Shown here one piece after another: positions 38,070-46,216 of a stretch of DNA of 64,000 bases. The notes beneath the pieces are model-generated. The model searched no databases. It was not told the DNA's origin and worked only from the letters and a program-made list of their open reading frames with translations. The stretch lies in IMG/VR virus record IMGVR_UViG_3300044630_004720; one strand, written 5' to 3'. The DNA comes from a virus. Its lineage: Duplodnaviria > Caudoviricetes. Position 1 is the first letter of the stretch. Each line of letters starts with the position of its first letter. The position numbers and the translations under genes were made by a program.

Positions 38070-39305
38070 ATGCCATTACCAAAAAGAAAAAATAACATAT
38101 CCATCTACGGACAAAAGGAACTGACAGAAAGGAGACAAGAGTTGTTGGATAGAATAACCAAGTCTGACACTTATCTTCCTGATTCCATTTTACACGATGA
38201 CCTCGACTTGGGTATGCTTGAATTTATTAAAGATAATTTCAAAGTTGTTTCTGATGGTACAAAAATTCCTATCATTGATAAGATTTTAACAATACAGAGG
38301 TGGGGTGAGATTTTAAATAATTGGGAGTTTTCTGATGATGACGGGAATATGAAGATTCCATTCATTGCTATTATTCGTAGACCTGATGTTCAGCCAGGTA
38401 CAAACCCTGTAGTTCAAAGAACTATACCTGATAGACGTACATTCTATTATGCTTCTGTCCCAACTTGGAATGGAACACAAATGGGGGCCGATGTATATAA
38501 AATACCACAACCTGTTGCTATTGATATTAGTTATGAAGTGGTAATTTTATGTAACAAGTTTAGAGACCTTAATAGATTTAATAAGGTAGTTCTTCAAAAG
38601 TTCTCATCAAGACAGGCGTATACAACAGTTAAAGGTCACTATATTCCTATTATATTAGATAAAAATGGTGACAACTCTCCGATTGATAATATGGATGGTC
38701 GTAAATACTATATGCAAACTTACGATTTTACTATGTTAGGGTTTTTAATCGATTCGGAAGAATTTGAAGTGAAACCCGCAGTTAGTAGAATGTTTTTACT
38801 TACTGAGTTTATAGGTACAAAACCATTTGAAAAGAAATTCTTTAATAAATCTATTGAAACAACGACCGTAAAATTTATTGCGGATGGAATGCAAACCACA
38901 TTTAGTGTGGGAGAGTCTATTGGATTTTTATTTTCAGTTGCAATTAATGGATTAGTTCAGGAAAGGGATGTTGATTATTTCCATATTGCAGGTACATCCA
39001 AAATAACATTTGTAGAACCCCCAATGGAAGGTTGGGAAATCACGGTTTCATACTATGCAGGTAGAAATAGTGTCTTTATCGACAGTTATGGTAAACCTTT
39101 GTTTTTGGAATCTGAATATTTTGTGTACGATGGTAGTACATTAACGTTTACACTTCTAAATAAAATAGATAGTATCATTAATGTTACAATTAATGGTCTT
39201 ATAGATGAGGAAGGTGCGGGTTTTGCGGTTTCGGGTGATAATGAGATAACTTTACTTTCGTCTCCTGTTTTAGGTTCCAATATTGGTATTACCTATATAC
39301 GTTAA
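38070..39305 (+). CDS. Tail terminator/sheath stabiliser (T4 gp15-like) with two C-terminal beta repeats
   Basis: DDLDLGM, QRW, PQPVAIDISYEV motifs. Position before the sheath gene. Confidence 0.75.
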   Translation: MPLPKRKNNISIYGQKELTERRQELLDRITKSDTYLPDSILHDDLDLGMLEFIKDNFKVVSDGTKIPIIDKILTIQRWGEILNNWEFSDDDGNMKIPFIAIIRRPDVQPGTNPVVQRTIPDRRTFYYASVPTWNGTQMGADVYKIPQPVAIDISYEVVILCNKFRDLNRFNKVVLQKFSSRQAYTTVKGHYIPIILDKNGDNSPIDNMDGRKYYMQTYDFTMLGFLIDSEEFEVKPAVSRMFLLTEFIGTKPFEKKFFNKSIETTTVKFIADGMQTTFSVGESIGFLFSVAINGLVQERDVDYFHIAGTSKITFVEPPMEGWEITVSYYAGRNSVFIDSYGKPLFLESEYFVYDGSTLTFTLLNKIDSIINVTINGLIDEEGAGFAVSGDNEITLLSSPVLGSNIGITYIR

Positions 39306-39460
39306 TCTTCCCCGTATAAATCCTTCTTTTTAGGTTTACAAAATTCATCAATCCACTTTTCTAAAACTTTGTAGATTTTTAAACCATTTTTCTCACAATA
39401 TTTTTTTAACATTTCGTGATGTTTTTCACTGATTTTTACATTTTTTGATTTGTTTTCCAT
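39302..39460 (-). CDS. Ribbon-helix-helix DNA-binding protein, 52 aa (not in ORF track)
   Basis: Translated by hand: MENKSKNVKISEKHHEMLKKYCEKNGLKIYKVLEKWIDEFCKPKKKDLYGED. Strand-helix-G-helix pattern of the Arc/CopG class. Confidence 0.75.
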   Translation of the reverse strand: MENKSKNVKISEKHHEMLKKYCEKNGLKIYKVLEKWIDEFCKPKKKDLYGED

Positions 39461-39464
39461 ACTA

Positions 39465-39549
39465 AAGATATATTAAGATATAAAAAGATAAATAACTATC
39501 TTTTTTGAAAAAAGTACGGAAATCTTTGCTAAAAACAAAGATATTTATT
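39465..39549. promoter_or_regulatory. AAGATA repeat array overlapping divergent late-type motifs
   Basis: AAGATA at 39465, 39475, 39485 and 39538. Inverted TATCTT at 39497. TATTTATC (-) at 39487-39494 and TATTTATT (+) at 39542-39549. Confidence 0.6.
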
Positions 39550-39586
39550 GAATAAGTAATAAATTATTTTAACCAAACAACAATCA

Positions 39587-42421
39587 ATGGCAAATTCAAA
39601 CAAAGTATTCGTATCTCCGGGTGTGTACACATCAGAGAAGGATTTAACATTTGTTGCACAGAGTGTCGGAGTAACAACATTGGGTTTAGCAGGTGAAACC
39701 TTGAAAGGTCCTGCAGAAGAACCCGTTTTGATTACCAATTTTGACGAATTCAAAACTTATTTCGGCCCAACATCTCCAGAAAAATTTGGGAATGGGAATC
39801 CGAAATACGAATTGGCATATGTAGCAAAGGCTTATTTACAAGAATCAAATCAACTATTCGTAACAAGAGTACTTGGACTTACGGGTTATAAACCCAATAA
39901 AACATTTGGTATCAAAACTATCGCAGGCGTAACCTTCGATTCAGATTCAACTCCTGTTGAAACTAGTGGTACTTTAATCTCTACCGTTACAGGTGTAACA
40001 GGTAGTACATTCTTTGCAGACTTATCAGGAAAAACAGCAACAACAGGAGATAGTGTTACTGATTTCATCGTAGAGGGAGTGTATTCTAATAATGAGTGGT
40101 TTACAATTGGTTTGGTACCTGAAGATGACACCGCTTTATTATCTGGTGACCAAATTGCAGGACCTATCGGTTCATACACTAACCAAAATTGGTATAACTA
40201 TTTCTACACAACTAGTGGTGGTGGAACTGTGAATGGTTTATATTCATATTTGTTTGTATACTCAGCATCAACATCAACTTTTGTTGTGACAAGATACAAT
40301 TACACAGGTGCAACCACAAATAATTTTGGTGACATTACCGTAGCGGCATTAAGACCAAGAGGTTCATATTCAACTGAAGTGTTGAATTTAGAAACAACAT
40401 CAAATTCTGCTTTCATTGTTACATCAGATACGTTAACAACCAATCCACTGAGTGAATTCACAATTAACGTTACAGGTGCTACAAGTGGAGCTAAAGAATT
40501 TACTTGTTCATTAGATACAACATCATCAAAATACATTACTAAGGTAATTGGATTGGATGTGTTCGATAAAAAAGCAGACGAAATTCCTGTTTATGTTCAC
40601 GAAGTATACCCTACTTTAATTAAGAAGTTATGGGAAAGAGGTGAAATACGTGGTTTAAGTCTTTCTGAGGTATATCATTCAGTTGGTGAAGATTTCTTAA
40701 CTGATTGGGATACACCGGCATCACCAATGGTGGTTTCTGAAGTTCGTGGTGGTAAGGTATCTGATTTATTCCAAGTGTTTACCGTATCAGATGGTAACTC
40801 AGCAAATACTGAAGTTAAAATTACTATTCTAAATGTGGACTTAGATACTACTGAATTTGATGTACTTGTTCGTGATTTCTACGATACTGACGATAATATG
40901 GTAGTATTGGAGAAATTTACAAGATGTACTATGGATTCAACTTTACCTGGCTACGTAGCAAGAAAAATTGGTACTGTAGATGGTGAATACGAATTACGTT
41001 CAAAGTATATTATGTTAACAATGGCGGAAGAACATCCTGAAGATGCAATCCCTGCTGGATTTAAAGGTTTTGTTACTGATTCATTATCAGGAACTACCTT
41101 GGGTGATGTTAAATACAAAACATCATTCTTAGAAGCTGGTGAAGCAACAGGAACATTCACTACATCAGGAGAACCTGTTTTAGCCGCACAAGCTGACAAA
41201 TTCAAGAAAGTATCATTAGGTATCTCATCTCAAATAGGTCTTGATACCGATTTATTAAAATATAAGGGTAAAAATCCTGACAAAGTAACCGTAGGATTCC
41301 ACTTATCAACAAACGCATCAAGTATTACAGGTAATACAATTACAGGTAAAGCATTTGAATGTACTCCATATGATTTGGAGGGTGTAAATAAGGGTAAGTT
41401 AGAATCTATTAACTTCCGTAAGTTTACTTTCGCAGTATGTGGTGGTTTTGATGGTTGGGATATCTACAGAAGTTCAAGAACTAACACTGACGGATATGTT
41501 TTTGGTAAAAGAACATATGTAAGTGGACATACAACTAACAGTGGTGTGTTTAGTTCAACTGTAGGTAACTCAGACTATTACGCTTACTTAAGAGGTATCG
41601 AATCGTACTCAAACCCTGAGGCTGTAGATATTAACATATTTGCAACACCTGGTATTAACTTTAAGGACCACAATTCTTTGGTTACACAGGCGATTGATAT
41701 AGTTGAAAACGATAGAGCTGACTCTCTTTATATCATAAACGCTCCAAATGTATCAACTTCGGACGAAATTGTTGATGATTTGGATATGGCGAATTTGGAT
41801 ACTAACTATTCAGCAACCTATTGGCCTTGGATTCAAGTTAGAGATAACGATAACTCTACTCAACTTTGGTTACCACCAACAGGAGAAGTAGTGAAGAACA
41901 TCGCTTTAACTGACAACGTATCTTATCCTTGGTTCGCAGTAGCTGGTTATTCAAGAGGTTTGGTAAACTCTATCAAAGCATATAAGAAGTTAACTCTTGA
42001 TGAAAGAGATACATTATATAAGAACAGAATTAACCCAATTGCAACTTTCTCTGACACTGGTACTATTATTTGGGGTAACAAAACCCTTCAGGTTAGAGAA
42101 TCTGCACTTGATAGAATTAACGTAAGAAGATTATTATTAAGAGCAAGAAAGTTAATTTCAGCAGTTGCTGTAAGATTGTTGTTCGAACAAAACGATGAAC
42201 AAGTAAGACAAGAGTTCTTAAGGTTGGTAAATCCAATTTTAGAAGCAATTAAAAAGGAAAGAGGTTTATATGACTTCCGTGTAACAGTATCAAATGACCC
42301 AGAGGACATCGATGCAAATACACTTAGAGGTAAAATTTACATCAAACCTACTCGCTCACTTGAATTTATCGATGTTGAATTCATTATTACACCAACAGGT
42401 GCTTCGTTTGAAAACATCTAA
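39587..42421 (+). CDS. Tail sheath protein (T4 gp18-like)
   Basis: VSPGVYTSEKD, PWFAVAGYSRG, RINPI, WGNKTL, SALDRINVRRLL, LFEQND, IKPTRSLEFI. Confidence 0.97.
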   Translation: MANSNKVFVSPGVYTSEKDLTFVAQSVGVTTLGLAGETLKGPAEEPVLITNFDEFKTYFGPTSPEKFGNGNPKYELAYVAKAYLQESNQLFVTRVLGLTGYKPNKTFGIKTIAGVTFDSDSTPVETSGTLISTVTGVTGSTFFADLSGKTATTGDSVTDFIVEGVYSNNEWFTIGLVPEDDTALLSGDQIAGPIGSYTNQNWYNYFYTTSGGGTVNGLYSYLFVYSASTSTFVVTRYNYTGATTNNFGDITVAALRPRGSYSTEVLNLETTSNSAFIVTSDTLTTNPLSEFTINVTGATSGAKEFTCSLDTTSSKYITKVIGLDVFDKKADEIPVYVHEVYPTLIKKLWERGEIRGLSLSEVYHSVGEDFLTDWDTPASPMVVSEVRGGKVSDLFQVFTVSDGNSANTEVKITILNVDLDTTEFDVLVRDFYDTDDNMVVLEKFTRCTMDSTLPGYVARKIGTVDGEYELRSKYIMLTMAEEHPEDAIPAGFKGFVTDSLSGTTLGDVKYKTSFLEAGEATGTFTTSGEPVLAAQADKFKKVSLGISSQIGLDTDLLKYKGKNPDKVTVGFHLSTNASSITGNTITGKAFECTPYDLEGVNKGKLESINFRKFTFAVCGGFDGWDIYRSSRTNTDGYVFGKRTYVSGHTTNSGVFSSTVGNSDYYAYLRGIESYSNPEAVDINIFATPGINFKDHNSLVTQAIDIVENDRADSLYIINAPNVSTSDEIVDDLDMANLDTNYSATYWPWIQVRDNDNSTQLWLPPTGEVVKNIALTDNVSYPWFAVAGYSRGLVNSIKAYKKLTLDERDTLYKNRINPIATFSDTGTIIWGNKTLQVRESALDRINVRRLLLRARKLISAVAVRLLFEQNDEQVRQEFLRLVNPILEAIKKERGLYDFRVTVSNDPEDIDANTLRGKIYIKPTRSLEFIDVEFIITPTGASFENI

Positions 42422-42443
42422 TCTAAAAGGAGATAAAACAAAG

Positions 42444-42471
42444 AAGGGGTTCCGAAAGGACCCCTTTTTTT
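42444..42471. terminator. Intrinsic terminator, probably bidirectional
   Basis: AAGGGGTTCC-GAAA-GGACCCCTTTTTTT. A-rich 5' flank gives a U tail on the minus strand. Confidence 0.85.
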
Positions 42472-42501
42472 ATATGGACACCATTATGGTGGGATAGAAA
42501 C

Positions 42502-42515
42502 GTTCCACGGGGAAC
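42502..42515. promoter_or_regulatory. parS-like palindrome
   Basis: GTTCCACGGGGAAC has one mismatch to the parS core GTTCCACGTGGAAC. Confidence 0.45.
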
Positions 42516-42560
42516 CAAAATTTATAAAATTAATACCATTTTATTTTACCCAGTATTATA

Positions 42561-42637
42561 CTAGTATATTCTAGTACTAGTTTTCTAGTATTTATTATTA
42601 ATATTATTCATTCTAGTTCTTTTATCTGGTGCTCTAG
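42561..42637. repeat. Array of six CTAG(T) units in an AT-rich intergenic region
   Basis: CTAG at 42561, 42571, 42577, 42585, 42613 and 42634. Confidence 0.75.
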
Positions 42638-42638
42638 G

Positions 42639-42670
42639 AAAAAATACGAAAAAAAATTGAGAAAAACAAG
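42639..42670 (-). promoter_or_regulatory. Host-type promoter pointing into the non-coding CTAG array
   Basis: CTTG-N20-TATTTTTT on minus strand, with no ORF longer than 8 aa downstream. Confidence 0.4.
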
Positions 42671-42716
42671 CTTGACACAATAATTAACCTAAAAAAATTA
42701 TTTTCCGATTTCAACA

Positions 42717-42724
42717 TATTTATA
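42717..42724 (+). promoter_or_regulatory. Putative late promoter TATTTATA (tail tube)
   Basis: Upstream of ATG 42759. Confidence 0.7.
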
Positions 42725-42758
42725 GGAAAGTAATAATTAAAAACTTAACAAATACAAA

Positions 42759-43247
42759 ATGGCAGATTTATTAATGAAAATGCCGGTTCCTTACGAACCG
42801 AAAAGACAAAACCGATTCATTTTAAGATTCCCTTCATCATTGGGTATCAATGAATGGTACGTAACATCAGCGTCTAGACCTAAGGCTACGATTGCTGAAA
42901 CAGAAATTCCGTTTTTAAATACATCAACATACGTTGCGGGTAGATTCAAATGGGAATCTATATCAGTTAAATTTAAAGACCCAATTGGTCCATCAGCCGC
43001 TCAAGCATTAATGGAGTGGTTCCGTTTACACGCGGAATCAGTAACAGGTCGTATGGGATACGCTGCTGGTTATAAAAAAGATATTGAACTTGAAATGTTA
43101 GACCCAACAGGTGTTGTGGTTGAGAAATGGATTCTTCAAGGTACATTCTTATCAGGTTTGGATTTTGGTACATTAGACTATAGCCAAGATGCGTTAGCTG
43201 ATATCACTGCAACGATGAGAATGGATAGATGTATCCTTGTATACTAA
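42759..43247 (+). CDS. Tail tube protein (T4 gp19-like)
   Basis: EPKRQNRF, AGRFKWESI.V.F.D, QALMEW, YKKDI.L..LDP.G.VVEKW.L.G.F. Confidence 0.95.
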   Translation: MADLLMKMPVPYEPKRQNRFILRFPSSLGINEWYVTSASRPKATIAETEIPFLNTSTYVAGRFKWESISVKFKDPIGPSAAQALMEWFRLHAESVTGRMGYAAGYKKDIELEMLDPTGVVVEKWILQGTFLSGLDFGTLDYSQDALADITATMRMDRCILVY

Positions 43248-43275
43248 TATTCCAAATAAACATATAATCTGTCTT

Positions 43276-43306
43276 AAAGGGGTCGATTTCGGCTCCTTTA
43301 TTTTTT
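43276..43306 (+). terminator. Intrinsic terminator after tail tube
   Basis: AAAGGGGTCG-ATTT-CGGCTCCTTT followed by ATTTTTT. Confidence 0.75.
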
Positions 43307-43350
43307 GCCTAAACTTTACTTTATCGTAGTTATTGTATAATATTAATACT

Positions 43351-44100
43351 ATGGAAGAATTAAGAATTGACCCAACTATTGCGTACGACGTTGTGGAGTT
43401 ACCAAGTAAAGGTATTTACTACTCAACACAAAAAAAATCATTAAGAATTGCTTATTTAACAGCGGCAGATGAAAATATTTTAGCCTCACCAAATTTAATC
43501 CAAACAAATTCTTTGGTTACTGAATTATTGAAAAGAAAAATCTTAGATAAAGATTTTGATGTTGATGATATGGTCGAGGAGGATAGACAAGCGGTATTAA
43601 TCTTTTTAAGAAATACAGCATTTGGTTCTGAATATAAAATGATTGTAACAGACCCAAAAACAGATAAGGAATTTACTTTTATGGCGGATTTATCGACACT
43701 TAAAATCAAAGATTTTAAATTAGAACCCGACAGTAATGGTGAATACAAGTATCTAATGAAAAAATCTAATGTTGATATCACCTTCAAATTTTTAACTAAG
43801 AAAAATGAATTAGAAATCGATAAAATAAGGGATAGTTGGAATGGAAATGGTGTTGCACCAATTATAACAAAACAACTTGAATTTATGATTAAATCGGTTG
43901 CAGGTAACAAAGACCCTATGAATATAAGAAATTTCATTGAAAGGTTACCAATCAAAGATTCTCAAGATTTTAGAAAATACATTTCTGAAAATAAACCGGC
44001 ATTAGACTTAACACAAAAAATTATGACCCCTTCAGGAGAAGAAATCCAAGTTGAAATTGGGTTTGGGGTAGAATTTTTTCGCCCTTTCTACGGAATATAG
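43351..44100 (+). CDS. Baseplate hub assembly/tail chaperone (gp26-like; start revised to MEELR)
   Basis: VVELPSKG.YY, YLTAADENIL, C-terminal GVEFFRP. Directly precedes the tape measure gene. Confidence 0.7.
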   Translation: MEELRIDPTIAYDVVELPSKGIYYSTQKKSLRIAYLTAADENILASPNLIQTNSLVTELLKRKILDKDFDVDDMVEEDRQAVLIFLRNTAFGSEYKMIVTDPKTDKEFTFMADLSTLKIKDFKLEPDSNGEYKYLMKKSNVDITFKFLTKKNELEIDKIRDSWNGNGVAPIITKQLEFMIKSVAGNKDPMNIRNFIERLPIKDSQDFRKYISENKPALDLTQKIMTPSGEEIQVEIGFGVEFFRPFYGI

Positions 44101-44230
44101 GAAAGGAATGCTCGATGAGATTCTCTATCTCGTCAGAAGAGGTTTTTCATACAATGACATATTAACTATGCCTGTTTATGTAAGAAGATATTATATCAAT
44201 TACATAATGGAAATAGAAAGTCCGAATTAA
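44072..44230 (+). CDS. Out-of-frame C-terminal chaperone extension (GT-like), or a 40-aa gene starting at ATG 44108 (not in ORF track)
   Basis: The +1 frame is open 44072-44230: NFFALSTEYRKGMLDEILYLVRRGFSYNDILTMPVYVRRYYINYIMEIESPN. MP..RR motif is typical of tail chaperone GT/gp51-like segments. Confidence 0.7.
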   Translation, partial: NFFALSTEYRKGMLDEILYLVRRGFSYNDILTMPVYVRRYYINYIMEIESPN

Positions 44231-44232
44231 TC

Positions 44233-44240
44233 TATTTATA
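44233..44240 (+). promoter_or_regulatory. Putative late promoter TATTTATA (tape measure)
   Basis: 3 nt before ATG 44244. Confidence 0.7.
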
Positions 44241-44243
44241 GGT

Positions 44244-46175
44244 ATGGCGAATATGGTTGATTATAGTAAATTCCCAAGTAACTTAGATTGGGCCTCATTC
44301 CAAATTGAATACCAAAAATCATTTTCAAAAGCGAATGGAGGTAAAACATTGGACCTTAACGATAAAAACGTTATGGAACAGATGAAAAGTGCGTTCGCAG
44401 GATACCAATCAACCGCCCCAAGTGCGGGTACAACTACAACAAAAACAACTAGTACAGGAGGAGGTATTGTAGGTGGAATAGTTGCGGGTATGAAAGAAAT
44501 GGGTGTCGACCAATCAAATAGAGGTTTCGATACAAGAGAACGAATAGGGATTGAAGGTGTTTTGGGTACTGTAATCGATACTAATACCGGAAAATTAAAA
44601 TCATTTTCAGAGATTATAGACAGTATTAAATCTGGAATTGGCGATGGTATTGTTCTACAACTTAAACAACAATCACAACTCCAAGCCAAAATCAATACTG
44701 AAACAGGACTAACAGGAGAATTATCCGAAAGTCTTAGAAGTTCAATTACTGAAGCATATCCTGCGGCGGTAAGATTGGGTTATTCGTTTGAAGATATTTC
44801 CTCAGCAATATCAAGTATGACTGCGGATTTAGGAAGATTTAGACTTCTTAATGAAGAAACTATGACCGATGTCGCAATGACAAGTAGAGTTTACTTTGAC
44901 TCTATGGAAGAAGGTGGTCGAGCAGCAAACTCGTTTCAAGACGTTTCAGTCGGAGCTAGAGATGCAATGTTAACAATACAAAAGGCGGGAAAATCATCGT
45001 TAGAATTAGGTTTAAACGCAAAAACAACATCAAAAGATTTAGTTGCAAATATTGGTAAGTTAAACGAATATGGATTTAACAAGGGAATTGATGGTTTAAA
45101 TCAAATGGTTCAAAAATCAGTATCTCTTAGAATGAATATGCAAAGTGTATTCACAATAGCAGAAAAAGTTATGGACCCAGAAGGTGCACTATCAATGGCC
45201 GCTGGATTACAAGCAATTGGTGGAGCATTTGGAACATTTAGTGACCCTATAAAAATGATGTATGATGCAACAAATAATGTTGAAGACTTACAAAATTCAT
45301 TAATTGGTGCTGCTGAAAGTTTAGCAACATACAATTCAGAACAAGGTAGATTTGAAGTGTCGGGTGCAAACTTAAGAAGAGCACGAGCTTTAGCTAAAGA
45401 ATTAGGTGTAGACTATAACGAACTTACAAAAATTGCCGTGAACGCCGCACAGAGAACATCTGCAGCCGCTGATATGATGGCGAATGGTTTAACATTTAAA
45501 AATGAAGAAGATAAGGAGTTTTTAACGAATCTTGCACAAATGAAAGACGGTAAGATGTCTATTGAAATTCCAAAAAATTTACAAAAAGAATTTGCAGGTG
45601 CAACATCTGTTGCATTAGAAGATATGACATCTAAACAATCTGAAACACTATTAAAATTCAGAGAAGAGTTTCAAGAAATGTCAACCGAAGATATTGCAAA
45701 AAAACAAGTAAGTTTAGTTGAAAATATTAATAGAGATGTAAACTTTTTAGCGGCACTTGCCAGAATTAGAGCAGGACAAACAGGTGAAAATTTAATAAAA
45801 CAATTAGGATTTGACCCAGCAGCGGCAGCAAAAGAATCCGCAAAAATGGCCAATGCCGCCGCATCAGGTATTGAAGTAGTATCAACCGCAGTAAACGATG
45901 GTATCAGAACATTAACGAATGCAGATGCAAGAGAAAAGGCCGCAGCTAAACCTACTGAACAAAAATCAGTACCGGTAGCAGAGGCTGAGAAAGCAAAAGC
46001 AGATGCGGAAAAAGCTAAAGCTCAGTCACAACAACAAACACAACAAAAAACTCAAATTGATATGAACATCAAATCGAATGTAGATGGAGATTCAGTAAGG
46101 AGAGCGGTACTAAATGACCCAACAGTTGTAGATAAATTTTTCTCTGAATTTAGTTATACTTCATTACCAAAATAA
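44244..46175 (+). CDS. Tape measure-like protein
   Basis: Ala/Gly-rich helical sequence after tube and chaperone. TMP-type GLTGEL...I.EA......LG segment. Confidence 0.75.
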   Translation: MANMVDYSKFPSNLDWASFQIEYQKSFSKANGGKTLDLNDKNVMEQMKSAFAGYQSTAPSAGTTTTKTTSTGGGIVGGIVAGMKEMGVDQSNRGFDTRERIGIEGVLGTVIDTNTGKLKSFSEIIDSIKSGIGDGIVLQLKQQSQLQAKINTETGLTGELSESLRSSITEAYPAAVRLGYSFEDISSAISSMTADLGRFRLLNEETMTDVAMTSRVYFDSMEEGGRAANSFQDVSVGARDAMLTIQKAGKSSLELGLNAKTTSKDLVANIGKLNEYGFNKGIDGLNQMVQKSVSLRMNMQSVFTIAEKVMDPEGALSMAAGLQAIGGAFGTFSDPIKMMYDATNNVEDLQNSLIGAAESLATYNSEQGRFEVSGANLRRARALAKELGVDYNELTKIAVNAAQRTSAAADMMANGLTFKNEEDKEFLTNLAQMKDGKMSIEIPKNLQKEFAGATSVALEDMTSKQSETLLKFREEFQEMSTEDIAKKQVSLVENINRDVNFLAALARIRAGQTGENLIKQLGFDPAAAAKESAKMANAAASGIEVVSTAVNDGIRTLTNADAREKAAAKPTEQKSVPVAEAEKAKADAEKAKAQSQQQTQQKTQIDMNIKSNVDGDSVRRAVLNDPTVVDKFFSEFSYTSLPK

Positions 46176-46195
46176 TAAAAAAATAAGATAAAACC

Positions 46196-46203
46196 TATTT
46201 ATA
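46196..46203 (+). promoter_or_regulatory. Putative late promoter TATTTATA (baseplate operon)
   Basis: 13 nt before ATG 46217. Confidence 0.7.
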
Positions 46204-46216
46204 GGAAACGTTAATA

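Noticed and set aside
42561-42637. CTAG array as a coding or CRISPR-like feature
   Set aside because: Units are 4-6 bp with irregular short spacing, and only tiny ORFs are present.
44099-44107. SD-like AGGAAAGGA before ATG 44108
   Set aside because: It abuts the ATG with no spacer and other genes lack SD sequences. Kept only as the alternative to the frameshift model.
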